From a bacterium (GTDB lineage: Bacteria > Electryoneota > JAOADG01), in the NCBI GenBank assembly GCA_963681965.1, contig OY820579.1, positions 1,408,001 through 1,472,000 of the forward strand: DNA of 64,000 bases. Direction: 5' to 3'. This document shows, in pieces, positions 16,400 to 26,312 of this stretch. The notes under the pieces are model-generated. The model made no database searches. It saw nothing but the letters and a program-made list of their open reading frames with translations, and had not been told where the DNA came from. The translations under genes and the position numbers were made by a program. Positions within the stretch are counted from its first letter, which is position 1; every line of letters starts with the position of its first letter.

Positions 16400-19300
16400 T
16401 TATTCAAATTTGCCGTCTTCGGAATTTTCCATATCGTGGACGATTTTCATCGTCTCGACACTGACGGTACAGACACGCTGCAATAGATCGATTACTTTAT
16501 CTTTGTAATCGGCAAAGCGATAGGTATTGAATAACTCTGCTATGGTTGGGTCGGATGGTTTCTTCTCTTTGTATTGATCGAGAATCCATTCGAGCGCACT
16601 GCGATTGCCAAGTTTGTATTCCCACGCCTCGGCCGGGATTCCGGTGAGCGAAGTCATTTCGTCCAATTCGATCGTACCGTGCTCTTTATCGGCCTTGAGT
16701 TTCACTTTGAGTTTGGGGACATAATCCGTCAACGTTCCCGGCTCGGTAACGGCGGGAAAAGATGTGGTCTGCTTGGGTCGCGAGGGTTGCCGGGGAGCTT
16801 CGACGAGTTGCAACCCGAACGGTGCGGCCGCTTCGAAGCCAATGTGCAGTTCCATCAATTGTTTGCCCCACTGCGACCACAACGAAAAGTCTTTGTAGAA
16901 AGGAATCCGGGGAAAGTCGCATTTCAGATTCTGAGCGTACTTTTTACGATACGCCGGGTTGTGCAACACTGCATAACAGTAGTGGAAAATCTGCTCGCGG
17001 CTGATCGTCTTATCTTTGTAATGCTTCTGGAATTCTTTCAAGCCCCAGTCGGTGAGGTTGTCTATAGGGTTTCCCGCTTCGTCAAATCGGAACAATGGAA
17101 TATTCTGACACCCACCTGGAAGACAATTCAAATCGACATAATATTTACTAGATAAACTTAAGAATTGATTTGCATGAGCAGAACCAGAAATACAAATAAT
17201 TTTGTTTTCAGAAGTCGTATGTCTAATTTTTGACCACTTAAACGTTCTTCCTGTTAAGTATTTATCACAATAAAACATTAAATAAGTAAAAGGTCGATAG
17301 ATACAACCACTAACTTGAGAATGGTTAAATGATATATGGAGTCGTTTCTGACGACATTTGTCAAGCTTTACGTTAAATTTAATTTTTGAGTCAGAAATGT
17401 TAGACATGTTCATCGAAATTTCATATTGTTCAATAAAGTATTTTACTTTGTTTTTTAGTAATTCTGAACTATAGTCATACATCCAATGATCACTTTTCGT
17501 CTCAATTCCTAATGAAAAAGTTTTGAACAGTGCGCATTGCCCTTTTTGTGATTTAACTAACTTGTCAATTAATGGTATTAAATGTTCCCAATCATTGTTC
17601 ACAAGATCAATCCAATGATGGTTCTTATCTGGAGTGATCGCTTGAAAATTGATTTGATGCAATGGATTTGATTTTAAAAATTCAAATTTTTCTTTTCTAG
17701 TTGCTCGTATGTTGCAAGGAAGTGCATAAAAGATGTTACATTTGTCATTTACTTTACATTTTTGTTTTATTAAAAATGCAATAGAAATACCGACTGCTGC
17801 TGATACACCAAAAATTGTATGTTTCTCATTCAAGAAGATACCGTCTAAACCAGATAAATCGTGAATGTTCCCACCTAAGTCGATAAAGTAAGCAGAATCA
17901 AATTCTGTTTGGATGCATTTGCGGAAGCCATTAAAGGCACAACCATGCAAAAATTTATTATTTGTTATGAAACAAATTATTCCACCATCATTAATCCTAT
18001 CTGAAGCCCACCGAAAAAATCTTACGTAAGGGTCATATAACATATATTGTGTTTGTGCAGTCCCATTTTTTACGTAAGTATCTTTTATTCGCTTGTCAAT
18101 TTCAAAATATCTTTTGTTGCTATTTTGATAATTATAGTTTGGTTGTTTCGCGTTATACGGTGGATTCCCAATCACGACCGAGATTTTCTTGTTGTTTTGT
18201 TCGCAAATTCGCTTGGCATTCTCGCTGCTGATTCCAAACAACGTACCCTGTTTCCCTTCGTACCCAAGCGCGGCAGTATTGTCCAGCGTATCGACAAAGC
18301 AGAGATTCGGAAACTCTTCGAAGGCACCCATTTTCTGCTTGTAAGAGTATTCGATATTCAAATTGGCGATGTAATACGGGAGGATGGCAACCTCGTTCGC
18401 CAGCAATTCGTTCTTGTATTTATCGAGCAGATACTGCTTGGGAATGTGCTCGATAATCTCGCAAATGAATGTCCCGGTTCCAGTAGCAGGATCGAGAATT
18501 TCGACATTCTTCGAGGCGAGTGTTTTCCCGAAATGCTTGTGCAGCAGATAATCGGTACTCTCGACCATGAACTTTACAATTTCATTGGGTGTATAGACCA
18601 CGCCCAAGCGGTCGGCCGCTTTCGGGTTGTACACTTTATAGAAATTCTCGTAGAGAACTTTGAGAAATTTCTGTTTTTCGTGGTGGTCGGGAATACCGGA
18701 GGCCGCTTCGTGAATGGTGCCGTAAAAATGCTCGATATTGCCCAGCAGTGTTTTCCGTTCCGGGTAAGTAAACAACTTTTCGATCAGCTCTTCCAACTTG
18801 CGCGCGATATTGTTGTGACGGTGGAAGTCCGGTTCGTCAAAGACTCTATTGAATATATCGGCAGTTAGGATATGCTGAATCATCATCTCGCGGATATCGT
18901 CGGCAGTAATGGCGGGATTGATTTCGGTCTTGCATAAATCGTGGAATTCTTCGAATGCGTCCAAATACGGCTGATTATTTTTGCTCTTGATGTCGATTTG
19001 CACGCGGATGGCCACCAGAATCTTGGGAATATCGGTTTTGAAGATCTCCAGTGCCGCTTCGAATTTTCGTATGATTTCGCGTTTGAATTCGATAAAGGAG
19101 ACAATCAAGCGGTCGAGTTGTGCCGGTTCATGAACATTCGCCCGCCCGACCAATTGACCGTTCTGAAACAGTACGGCACTTTGGCTGTCTTCGAATAAAA
19201 TGTTGGTGAGTGGGTATCCCTTTTTTATTTTTATATCGATCTCTTCGTCTAAACTGTCTTTTTCGTCTTTACTTTCCCAATACCCGATATCCAAACCCCA

Positions 19301-19510
19301 GCTATTTCGCAAAATGCCGTCGGGTTTGACGTTTTTTCCGGTCGTTCCAAGTACAAATACTTCCCGCACTACTCGTAAATTGCGGTCGTCGGCGTAACGA
19401 TTCAATAAATTACAAAAACATCCTTTGATAGTATCTTCATTGGCTGTTTTCGCAAACTTAACAGTTTGATCGTATTCGTTGTAGTATTCTTGGATATAAA
19501 GCTGCGACAT
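16400..19510 (-). CDS. single-polypeptide restriction-modification enzyme (type IIG / type ISP-like C-terminus), N6-adenine methyltransferase
   Basis: N-terminal KPDG...YWESKD nuclease-like motif, GVVYTP, LDPATGTGTF, VIGNPPY, C-terminal WEYKLGNRSALEW. Confidence 0.88.
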   Translation of the reverse strand: MSQLYIQEYYNEYDQTVKFAKTANEDTIKGCFCNLLNRYADDRNLRVVREVFVLGTTGKNVKPDGILRNSWGLDIGYWESKDEKDSLDEEIDIKIKKGYPLTNILFEDSQSAVLFQNGQLVGRANVHEPAQLDRLIVSFIEFKREIIRKFEAALEIFKTDIPKILVAIRVQIDIKSKNNQPYLDAFEEFHDLCKTEINPAITADDIREMMIQHILTADIFNRVFDEPDFHRHNNIARKLEELIEKLFTYPERKTLLGNIEHFYGTIHEAASGIPDHHEKQKFLKVLYENFYKVYNPKAADRLGVVYTPNEIVKFMVESTDYLLHKHFGKTLASKNVEILDPATGTGTFICEIIEHIPKQYLLDKYKNELLANEVAILPYYIANLNIEYSYKQKMGAFEEFPNLCFVDTLDNTAALGYEGKQGTLFGISSENAKRICEQNNKKISVVIGNPPYNAKQPNYNYQNSNKRYFEIDKRIKDTYVKNGTAQTQYMLYDPYVRFFRWASDRINDGGIICFITNNKFLHGCAFNGFRKCIQTEFDSAYFIDLGGNIHDLSGLDGIFLNEKHTIFGVSAAVGISIAFLIKQKCKVNDKCNIFYALPCNIRATRKEKFEFLKSNPLHQINFQAITPDKNHHWIDLVNNDWEHLIPLIDKLVKSQKGQCALFKTFSLGIETKSDHWMYDYSSELLKNKVKYFIEQYEISMNMSNISDSKIKFNVKLDKCRQKRLHISFNHSQVSGCIYRPFTYLMFYCDKYLTGRTFKWSKIRHTTSENKIICISGSAHANQFLSLSSKYYVDLNCLPGGCQNIPLFRFDEAGNPIDNLTDWGLKEFQKHYKDKTISREQIFHYCYAVLHNPAYRKKYAQNLKCDFPRIPFYKDFSLWSQWGKQLMELHIGFEAAAPFGLQLVEAPRQPSRPKQTTSFPAVTEPGTLTDYVPKLKVKLKADKEHGTIELDEMTSLTGIPAEAWEYKLGNRSALEWILDQYKEKKPSDPTIAELFNTYRFADYKDKVIDLLQRVCTVSVETMKIVHDMENSEDGKFE

Positions 19511-19649
19511 ATTGGTTTCCGTTTATTCAGACAAAGCAATATAACCATTTTTGCGGCTTGATAGTATGCATTTCCATAATTATTTCGGTGCTTGCGACCC
19601 GAGTTGCTCGCGAATAATACCGGTTACTGTCCGGCTACGCCGGACTCCC

Positions 19650-19673
19650 GGGCGCTTCGCGAAGCGCCCCTAC
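19650..19673 (-). repeat. GTAG-headed REP-like palindrome
   Basis: Reverse complement GTAGGGGCGCTTCGCGAAGCGCCC. Confidence 0.7.
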
Positions 19674-19942
19674 CAATAAATTGCCACATTGTGCGTGCAA
19701 AAAAATGCATACGAACGACCGAACAGGATAAAAAACAATTGATGGTCGCGGAGCGATGCGCGATTGCCCTGAACGAAGCACCAAGCACCATGCACCACCC
19801 CCATTTTCCCCACCGCAAAAATCTCGCTATCTTAAGGCTTGGCTGAGGGCAACGTCTTGAATGTATTACGTCCCCCATTTCGCCTCACCTTTTCTTGGAA
19901 CAAGTTACGCTCCCAACCCGCTTATGGAAGCAGGAGAACCGA

Positions 19943-21742
19943 ATGAACGAACCGAACGAAAACCGGGTATTGCTGTTCGGCAATGAAGCGATTGCTCAAG
20001 GCGCCCGCGAAGCCGGCGTCTATTTTGCTTCCGCTTACCCCGGAACCCCGTCGACCGAAATTCTCGAAGTATTCGCGACCTATCCCGGCGTCTTCGCCAA
20101 ATGGTCACCCAACGAAAAAGTCGCCCTCGAAGTCGGAATTGGCGCATCGATCAGCGGCACCCGCACCCTCGTCTGCATGAAGCATGTCGGTGTCAACGTC
20201 GCCATGGATCCCCTGATGACCTTCACCTACACCGGCGTTCGCGGCGGTTTCGTGTTGGTCAGTGCCGACGATCCCGAGATGCATTCCAGCCAGAACGAGC
20301 AGGATAACCGCATCATCGGAAAATTCGCCAAGATCCCCGTATTCGACCCATCCGACAGTCAGGATGCCCACGATTTCACGATGCTCGGCTATGAAATTTC
20401 CGAACGCTTCAACACCCCTGTGATGTTGCGCGAAACTACCCGCATCGCCCACGCTAAAGGTCTCGTAAAATTAGGACAGTGGCGCGACCCGGTACGTGGC
20501 GAAAAATTCGTACCCGAAATCAGCCGGTTCGTCATGATGCCGAACTTCGCCAAGCCGCGCCACACCTTTGTCGAAGCGCGTACTCTTGAATTGGCGAAAT
20601 TCTCCGACGAATGGGAAGGGAACAAACTCGAACTGAAGAGCAAGGAAATCGGTATTATCACCGGTGGTGTCGCAGTTCAGTACATTCGCGAATTGCTGCC
20701 CGATGCCAGCTTCCTGCAAGTCGGCATGGTATGGCCGTTCCCTGCCGAAAAAGCGAAGAAACTTGCCGCACATTGCAAGCGCATTATCGTCGTCGAAGAA
20801 CTCGAACCGTTCCTCGAAAATGAAGCGAAGATTCTCGGAATCGAATGCGAAGGCAAAAAATATTTCCCAATCGAAGGGGAATTGAATCTTGATAAGGTCG
20901 CGAAAGGCTTATTTGAAGCCGGTCTGCGCGACAGCCAGCCAGTTTATCCCAAACAAGCCGAAGTGATGGTTCGTCCTCCGGTGCTCTGCCCCGGTTGCCC
21001 GCATCGCGGTATTTTCATGGCATTGAAAGAGGTCAAAGCGCACGTCTTCGGCGATATCGGCTGCTATACGCTCGCCGCGCTGAAGCCGCTCGAAACGCTG
21101 CATTGCTGCTATTGCATGGGCGCCTCGATCGGGAATGCGATCGGCGTAGCACTGTCGACCACCGGTCAGAAAAACGCGGTGACGGCAGTACTCGGCGACT
21201 CGACGTTCCTGCATAGCGGTGTCACCGGTTTGATGGACATGGTCTACAGCAGTGCCAACATGACGCTCGTGATTGTCGACAACGACATTACCGCCATGAC
21301 CGGCGGTCAGGAAAATCCCGGTTCCGGGATGGACTTGATGGGTAAACCGGCACCGAAGATTTTGATCGAGGATATCGTCAAGGCATGCGGGATCAAGAAA
21401 CTCTTAATCTGCGATACCTATGACTATGATAAAACACTCGCCGATTTGAAAGACGCGATTGCATTCGAAGGTCCGTCGGTAGTGATCGCTCGGCGTCCCT
21501 GCGCGCTGTTCCCGCGGAAAGTCAAGATCGATCCCTACATCGTGAAAGACGATCCCTGCACCGGTTGTGGCTTGTGCCTCAAGATCGGTTGTCCGGCGCT
21601 GTCGATCACCGGTCGCAAGACGGCGAAGGGGCTTGACATTCCGATGATCGATCCGACGATTTGCACGGGTTGCACATTGTGCGTTCAGGTCTGCAAATTC
21701 GATGCGATTTTCCAGAAAAGTGCGGAAGGGGTCACAGCATGA
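19943..21742 (+). CDS. iorA: indolepyruvate:ferredoxin oxidoreductase subunit alpha
   Basis: GNEAIAQGA, YPGTPSTEI, MKHVGVNVA, RPPVLCPGCPHR, GDSTFLHSG, two C-terminal 4Fe-4S motifs. Confidence 0.93.
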   Translation: MNEPNENRVLLFGNEAIAQGAREAGVYFASAYPGTPSTEILEVFATYPGVFAKWSPNEKVALEVGIGASISGTRTLVCMKHVGVNVAMDPLMTFTYTGVRGGFVLVSADDPEMHSSQNEQDNRIIGKFAKIPVFDPSDSQDAHDFTMLGYEISERFNTPVMLRETTRIAHAKGLVKLGQWRDPVRGEKFVPEISRFVMMPNFAKPRHTFVEARTLELAKFSDEWEGNKLELKSKEIGIITGGVAVQYIRELLPDASFLQVGMVWPFPAEKAKKLAAHCKRIIVVEELEPFLENEAKILGIECEGKKYFPIEGELNLDKVAKGLFEAGLRDSQPVYPKQAEVMVRPPVLCPGCPHRGIFMALKEVKAHVFGDIGCYTLAALKPLETLHCCYCMGASIGNAIGVALSTTGQKNAVTAVLGDSTFLHSGVTGLMDMVYSSANMTLVIVDNDITAMTGGQENPGSGMDLMGKPAPKILIEDIVKACGIKKLLICDTYDYDKTLADLKDAIAFEGPSVVIARRPCALFPRKVKIDPYIVKDDPCTGCGLCLKIGCPALSITGRKTAKGLDIPMIDPTICTGCTLCVQVCKFDAIFQKSAEGVTA

Positions 21743-22329
21743 GCGACAATATGACCAATGTACTGCTCGTCGGAGTCGGCGGACAGGGTGTGGTTCTGGC
21801 ATCCAATATTATCTGTGAAGTAGCGCTCCGTGCCGGTTTCGATGTAAAGAAGTCGGAAGTACACGGCATGAGTCAACGTGGTGGCGTCGTATCGAGTCAT
21901 GTCCGGTTCGGTCCGAAAGTTTATTCCCCGTTGATTGCCGCCGGTGCGAGCGATGTGGTGCTCGGACTCGAAGCGGCGGAAGCGTTGCGCTTTGCCCATG
22001 AAGTCCGCAAGGGAGGTACGCTGATCGTTTCGACTCAGACGATCAAACCGCCATCCGCATCCGAACGCAAAGGACCGCGCTATCCCGACGATCCGATTGC
22101 GAGTGCGAAAGAAATCTGTGCCGGTAACGTGGTCTCGATCGCTGCCGAGGACATTGCGCTGAAGCTTGGCAATCCGCGTCTCTCCAGCACGATTCTGCTG
22201 GGTGCGCTGTCGACCAATCTTTCGATCGACGAAAAAACGTGGAAGGATACGATTGCGGCGATGGTTCCGAAAAAGACCATCGACCTCAATCTCGCTGCTT
22301 TCGATGCGGGTCGGAATGCGGTGAAGTAA
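21739..22329 (+). CDS. iorB: indolepyruvate:ferredoxin oxidoreductase subunit beta
   Basis: GVGGQGVVLAS, SEVHGMSQRGG; ATGA overlap with iorA. Confidence 0.93.
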   Translation: MSDNMTNVLLVGVGGQGVVLASNIICEVALRAGFDVKKSEVHGMSQRGGVVSSHVRFGPKVYSPLIAAGASDVVLGLEAAEALRFAHEVRKGGTLIVSTQTIKPPSASERKGPRYPDDPIASAKEICAGNVVSIAAEDIALKLGNPRLSSTILLGALSTNLSIDEKTWKDTIAAMVPKKTIDLNLAAFDAGRNAVK

Positions 22330-22349
22330 GTAATTCACCAAAAAATGAC

Positions 22350-22380
22350 AAAGCGCCTCCACAGGGGGCGCTTTACTTTT
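22350..22380. terminator. intrinsic terminator
   Basis: AAAGCGCCTCC-ACA-GGGGGCGCTTT followed by ACTTTT. Confidence 0.75.
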
Positions 22381-22606
22381 TATATTTATCTTTGATAAAT
22401 TTTATCTCTGCCTCATATACTCCGATAGCGTCTTTGGATATTTTGATTTCTTCTTCCATTGTTCTAACCCCAACAGAATTTCCTATTAATTCATCATGGT
22501 TACGATTAATCTCGCAAATTTCTATTTTCTCTTTAGCAAACTCGATACAATGAAGAAGTTTATTCATGCTTCTAACATCATCAAGGAACATTTCACTGTA
22601 ACACAT
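22373..22606 (-). CDS. small AT-rich hypothetical protein
   Basis: 77 aa, SD AGGAGAG upstream, helical charged sequence. Confidence 0.45.
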   Translation of the reverse strand: MCYSEMFLDDVRSMNKLLHCIEFAKEKIEICEINRNHDELIGNSVGVRTMEEEIKISKDAIGVYEAEIKFIKDKYKK

Positions 22607-22737
22607 AGTACTCTCCTGTTAGTGATAACCTAGAAAAATAATTGTAGTTGATTTAAATATAAAGTAACGTATTAATTTTACACAATCAATATAAAAATTG
22701 ATTGTTACCTAATAATGCTATGAATACTAATTTGTAG

Positions 22738-23788
22738 TATGCCACTGCCCTGCGGGGCTTCGCAATAACATACTAAAGAATCGAAGTTGGTTGGCACAAT
22801 TTCAGCGTTTCACCCACCTGTCGTTGCGAACACAGTCAGCCGCCTCGGCTGACGAAGTGTGGCAACCTTCTCTTGTTAACTCCACAGAAATAAAAAAAGA
22901 GCAGATTGCCACACTTCGCTTCGCTTCGTTCGCAATGACAGATCAAGACAAAAGATAAGAAAAGCGTCGAAGATGGTGGGTATAATTTCAGCGTTTCACC
23001 CACCTGTCGTTGCGAACGCAGTCAGCCGCTTCGGCTGACGAAGTGTGGCAACCTTCTCTTGTTGACTCCACAGAAATAAAAAAAAAGCAGATTGCCACAC
23101 TTCGCTTCGCTTCGTTCGCAATGACAGATCAAGACAAAAGATAAGAAAAGCGTCGAAGATGGTTGGCACAATTTCTGCGTTTCGCTCACCTGTCGTTGCG
23201 AACGAAGTCAGCCACCTCGGCTGACGAAGTGTGGCAACCTACTCCTTTTCACTACCTGATTTGATCGCTAATATCCTTCCATTCGGGATTCATCGATTCG
23301 ACCAATGCATTTTTCCTTGCCCGATTCCAATGTTTGATCTGTTTCTCCCGCATGATGGCTGAGGTGGGATTGTCGGTTACTTCGGTATAGACCAATTTTT
23401 TTACAAAGAATGTTTTCGTGAAGCCGGCTACAAACCCTTGTTGGTGTTCGTACACGCGGCGCGCAAGATTACTAGTAACACCGGTGTAGAGGACGGTATT
23501 CGTGTAGTTTGTCATCATGTACACGTAATATTGCTTCATAAAAGAAAATTAATACAAAAAAGAGTGGATAGCCACAGCCCCTACGGGGCTTCGCAACGAC
23601 AGATCAGGATACAAGACAAAAAAATAGATGAAAAGAGTAGATTGCCACACCCGCCTTGCGGCGGGTTCGCAATGACAGATCAAGATTCAAGATAAAAAAA
23701 AGAATCGAAATGGGCGGTACAATACCAGCGGTTCACTTACCTGTCGTTGCGAACGAAGGCAGCCGAAGGCTGACTAAGTGTGGCAACC
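22738..23788. repeat. array of nine TGTC-headed palindromic elements with a 186-bp tandem period, flanking a GIY-YIG gene
   Basis: Forward TGTCGTTGCGAAC...AAGTGTGGCAACC at 22819, 23005, 23191, 23742; inverted copies at ~22738, 22904, 23090, 23567, 23640. Confidence 0.9.
23252..23539 (-). CDS. stand-alone GIY-YIG nuclease
   Basis: YYVYMM...LYTGVTSNLARRVYEH...AIMREKQIKHWNRARK...NPEWKD. Confidence 0.92.
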   Translation of the reverse strand: MKQYYVYMMTNYTNTVLYTGVTSNLARRVYEHQQGFVAGFTKTFFVKKLVYTEVTDNPTSAIMREKQIKHWNRARKNALVESMNPEWKDISDQIR

Positions 23789-24102
23789 TGCGTTTGTAGT
23801 CGAAATCGGTATACTAAATCTCAGACCTCTACTTCCCAGCAGCGTCATGCAAAATTAGTTACGCTATAACATGAAGCCGCCTTCCTCACCGTCGATTAAC
23901 ATCCGACCATCCTAATTGTCCATTCGGTAGATCCCTGCAGTTCAAAATCGACTATCAATCAATCGAATATTTGGAGGCATTCTGCCACAATACTAGAAAT
24001 TTTCAATTCTTCCGGTTTACTGCTAAAAAATCTATTCAAGAATTACTATCTTGATTGCCATAGTCGATGATATTTCTGGATATATCCTCTGAAGGGTGTC
24101 AA

Positions 24103-26217
24103 ATGAACGAAAAAGCAATTTCACCAATCATATTAGTGATCTTTATTCAATTGGTACTCGCCGTTGCGTTGTTCGCTCAGCCGAAAATTGACAGTAGGCA
24201 AATCCACTCTTCAAATAAATCAATATTCCCCGCGCAATCTATTTCCTCAATCAATGAAACCGATTGGACGTCATTAGATACCAGTGGCTATACCCCCGAT
24301 CTCACCATGACTGAGAACGGTGTTTTCTATGCCTCTCTGGTTGTAAACAGCGGCACATTCCGAGTGCTGAAATCGTCCAATAACGGTAGTACCTGGTCGA
24401 CCATTTGCACAATGAATTATCCCAACGGTTATATCGATGGAACGCCGGTAATTGAAGCAATCGACGCGAGCAATTCCATCGTTGTAGCAGTTGCCTTGAA
24501 AGATACGATCAGCGCTGCAACTTACCGGACTTCGGTGAAGGTCTTCAAGTACGACACTACCGGTGCGAATCTGGTTCAGAACACGGTCTATACAAACAGT
24601 TGGTTAGCCGATGCTATTTATCTATCGCTCACAACAAATAAGTTCGAAACAGAATATCCAAGTCACACCGGTAATTATTATCTGGCAGTAAATGAATTTG
24701 TCGGCAACCGCGGTGTTAATAACGATATCCTCGTTTACAGCAGTACTAACAATGGTAATTCCTGGAGTGCCGGTGAAATGGCTGCTACCGATGTTCGGTA
24801 TGCCTCATCGGGCAAATCGATTGCCGCCAGTTATGGCACGATATACCTCTGCTATCTGGAATATGCTGATGCGACTCAAGTAAGAGTCAGTCAAAGCAGT
24901 ATGAATGGATGGACCAATGCGGTGGTATTGTCGAGTGACAACGGAGCGGTACGACATTGCGCGATCGCTGCGAAATCGGGAGTCATTATCGTTTCAGGAA
25001 CAAAAAGTACGCCCGACGATCGAATCTGCGTGAGCCGTTCCACTGACTTTGGTTTCAGTTGGTCGACCCAACAGACTTTCACCAACTTGGATAGTGCTTG
25101 TTGGCAACCGTCAGTGGCAGTAAATCGAACCGGACAATTCAGCATTTCAGCTTACAACTACCGAGTGAATACCAATATTGTCAGTTGGAGTTTGCCAACG
25201 ACGAACGGCGCTTGGGTTTACAATGGCGTACTAAGTAGTGCCAATGGCGTGAATTTAGCATGGTTGGAATCGGCACTTACCAACACCAACCTGACCTCGG
25301 TAGTATGGTCGGATGCGAGTTCAAGAGCACAGTTCGCGCTGGAACAACCACCACTACCACCCACTCTTAGTACCCCGATGAATAATGCGACCAGTGTAGC
25401 TATTTCTCCCAACTTTACTTGGCAAGCTTCCGAAACTGCTCAGAGCTATCGTTTCCAGTTATCCACCAGTTCGAATTTCGGCACGACACTGATCAACCAG
25501 ACGGGAATCACACAAACACGATATTCTGGTACTTCGTTATCATACTCAACGACATACTACTGGCGAGTTTGTGGCGATAATCATGCTGGAACGGGCGAGT
25601 GGTCTACTGTCTGGCATTTTACTACAGTGGGACAGCCACTTCCGATCGCACCTTTATTGCTGGCACCGATCAATTCAGCGACCAATGTCGGAACCAGTCC
25701 AACACAATTTGTCTGGCAACAAACCTCGAATGCGAGTTCATACCGTATTACCGTCGATAACGATCCGTTGTTTCAATCGCCCGAAATCAACGATACAACG
25801 CGAAATTTATTCTATTCATCAAATCTGCTGCAACCAAACACAGTGTATTACTGGAAGGTTCGGGGAATCAATGGCGGTGGACAGGGTCCGTACTCTACCA
25901 TCTGGTATTTTACTACTGCCGCTTCGGGTGTTGGCGACGAATCGACTCAGGTCACAGATTTTCGGCTCGACCCTGCTTACCCGAATCCCTTCAATCCATC
26001 TACGACCATTTCGTACAGTGTGAAAACCGCATCGCCGGTCGATTTGCGCGTCTTCACTCCCACTGGTGTCGAAGTGGCAACACTGGTTCATCGGCAGCAG
26101 CAGCCCGGTCGGTACTCAGTCTCGTTTGATGGATCGCAGCTCCCGTCGGGAATTTATTTTTATCGGATGGAAGCGAATCATTTTTCGATGATTCGTAAAA
26201 TGATCTTAGTTAAATAG
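24103..26217 (+). CDS. secreted protein with BNR/Asp-box repeats, two FN3-like domains and a T9SS sorting domain
   Basis: Signal peptide; SSNNGSTW, STNNGNSW, STDFGFSW; YYWRV/YYWKV FN3 motifs; AYPNPFNPSTTI...KMILVK. Confidence 0.85.
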   Translation: MNEKAISPIILVIFIQLVLAVALFAQPKIDSRQIHSSNKSIFPAQSISSINETDWTSLDTSGYTPDLTMTENGVFYASLVVNSGTFRVLKSSNNGSTWSTICTMNYPNGYIDGTPVIEAIDASNSIVVAVALKDTISAATYRTSVKVFKYDTTGANLVQNTVYTNSWLADAIYLSLTTNKFETEYPSHTGNYYLAVNEFVGNRGVNNDILVYSSTNNGNSWSAGEMAATDVRYASSGKSIAASYGTIYLCYLEYADATQVRVSQSSMNGWTNAVVLSSDNGAVRHCAIAAKSGVIIVSGTKSTPDDRICVSRSTDFGFSWSTQQTFTNLDSACWQPSVAVNRTGQFSISAYNYRVNTNIVSWSLPTTNGAWVYNGVLSSANGVNLAWLESALTNTNLTSVVWSDASSRAQFALEQPPLPPTLSTPMNNATSVAISPNFTWQASETAQSYRFQLSTSSNFGTTLINQTGITQTRYSGTSLSYSTTYYWRVCGDNHAGTGEWSTVWHFTTVGQPLPIAPLLLAPINSATNVGTSPTQFVWQQTSNASSYRITVDNDPLFQSPEINDTTRNLFYSSNLLQPNTVYYWKVRGINGGGQGPYSTIWYFTTAASGVGDESTQVTDFRLDPAYPNPFNPSTTISYSVKTASPVDLRVFTPTGVEVATLVHRQQQPGRYSVSFDGSQLPSGIYFYRMEANHFSMIRKMILVK

Positions 26218-26255
26218 GGTGAGTAAAACGATCCAATGGAAAAACTGGTTGAGTT

Positions 26256-26295
26256 AAAAAAACAGCACCCCCATCTGGATGTGCTGTTTTTCTTT
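26256..26295. terminator. bidirectional terminator
   Basis: AAAAAAACAGCAC...GTGCTGTTTTTCTTT between convergent genes. Confidence 0.7.
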
Positions 26296-26312
26296 CAAAA
26301 TGTCGACTGTAC

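Noticed and set aside
18047-18868. Long antisense/alternate-frame ORFs (also 16574-17155, 21685-22362, 28735-29352, 40851-41483, 41884-42522, 58195-58875)
   Set aside because: Shadows of well-supported genes on the opposite strand, with no recognisable motifs.
22781-23240. CRISPR array interpretation of the regular repeats
   Set aside because: The period is 186 bp, the intervening sequences are near-identical rather than unique spacers, repeats alternate orientation, and no cas genes are present.
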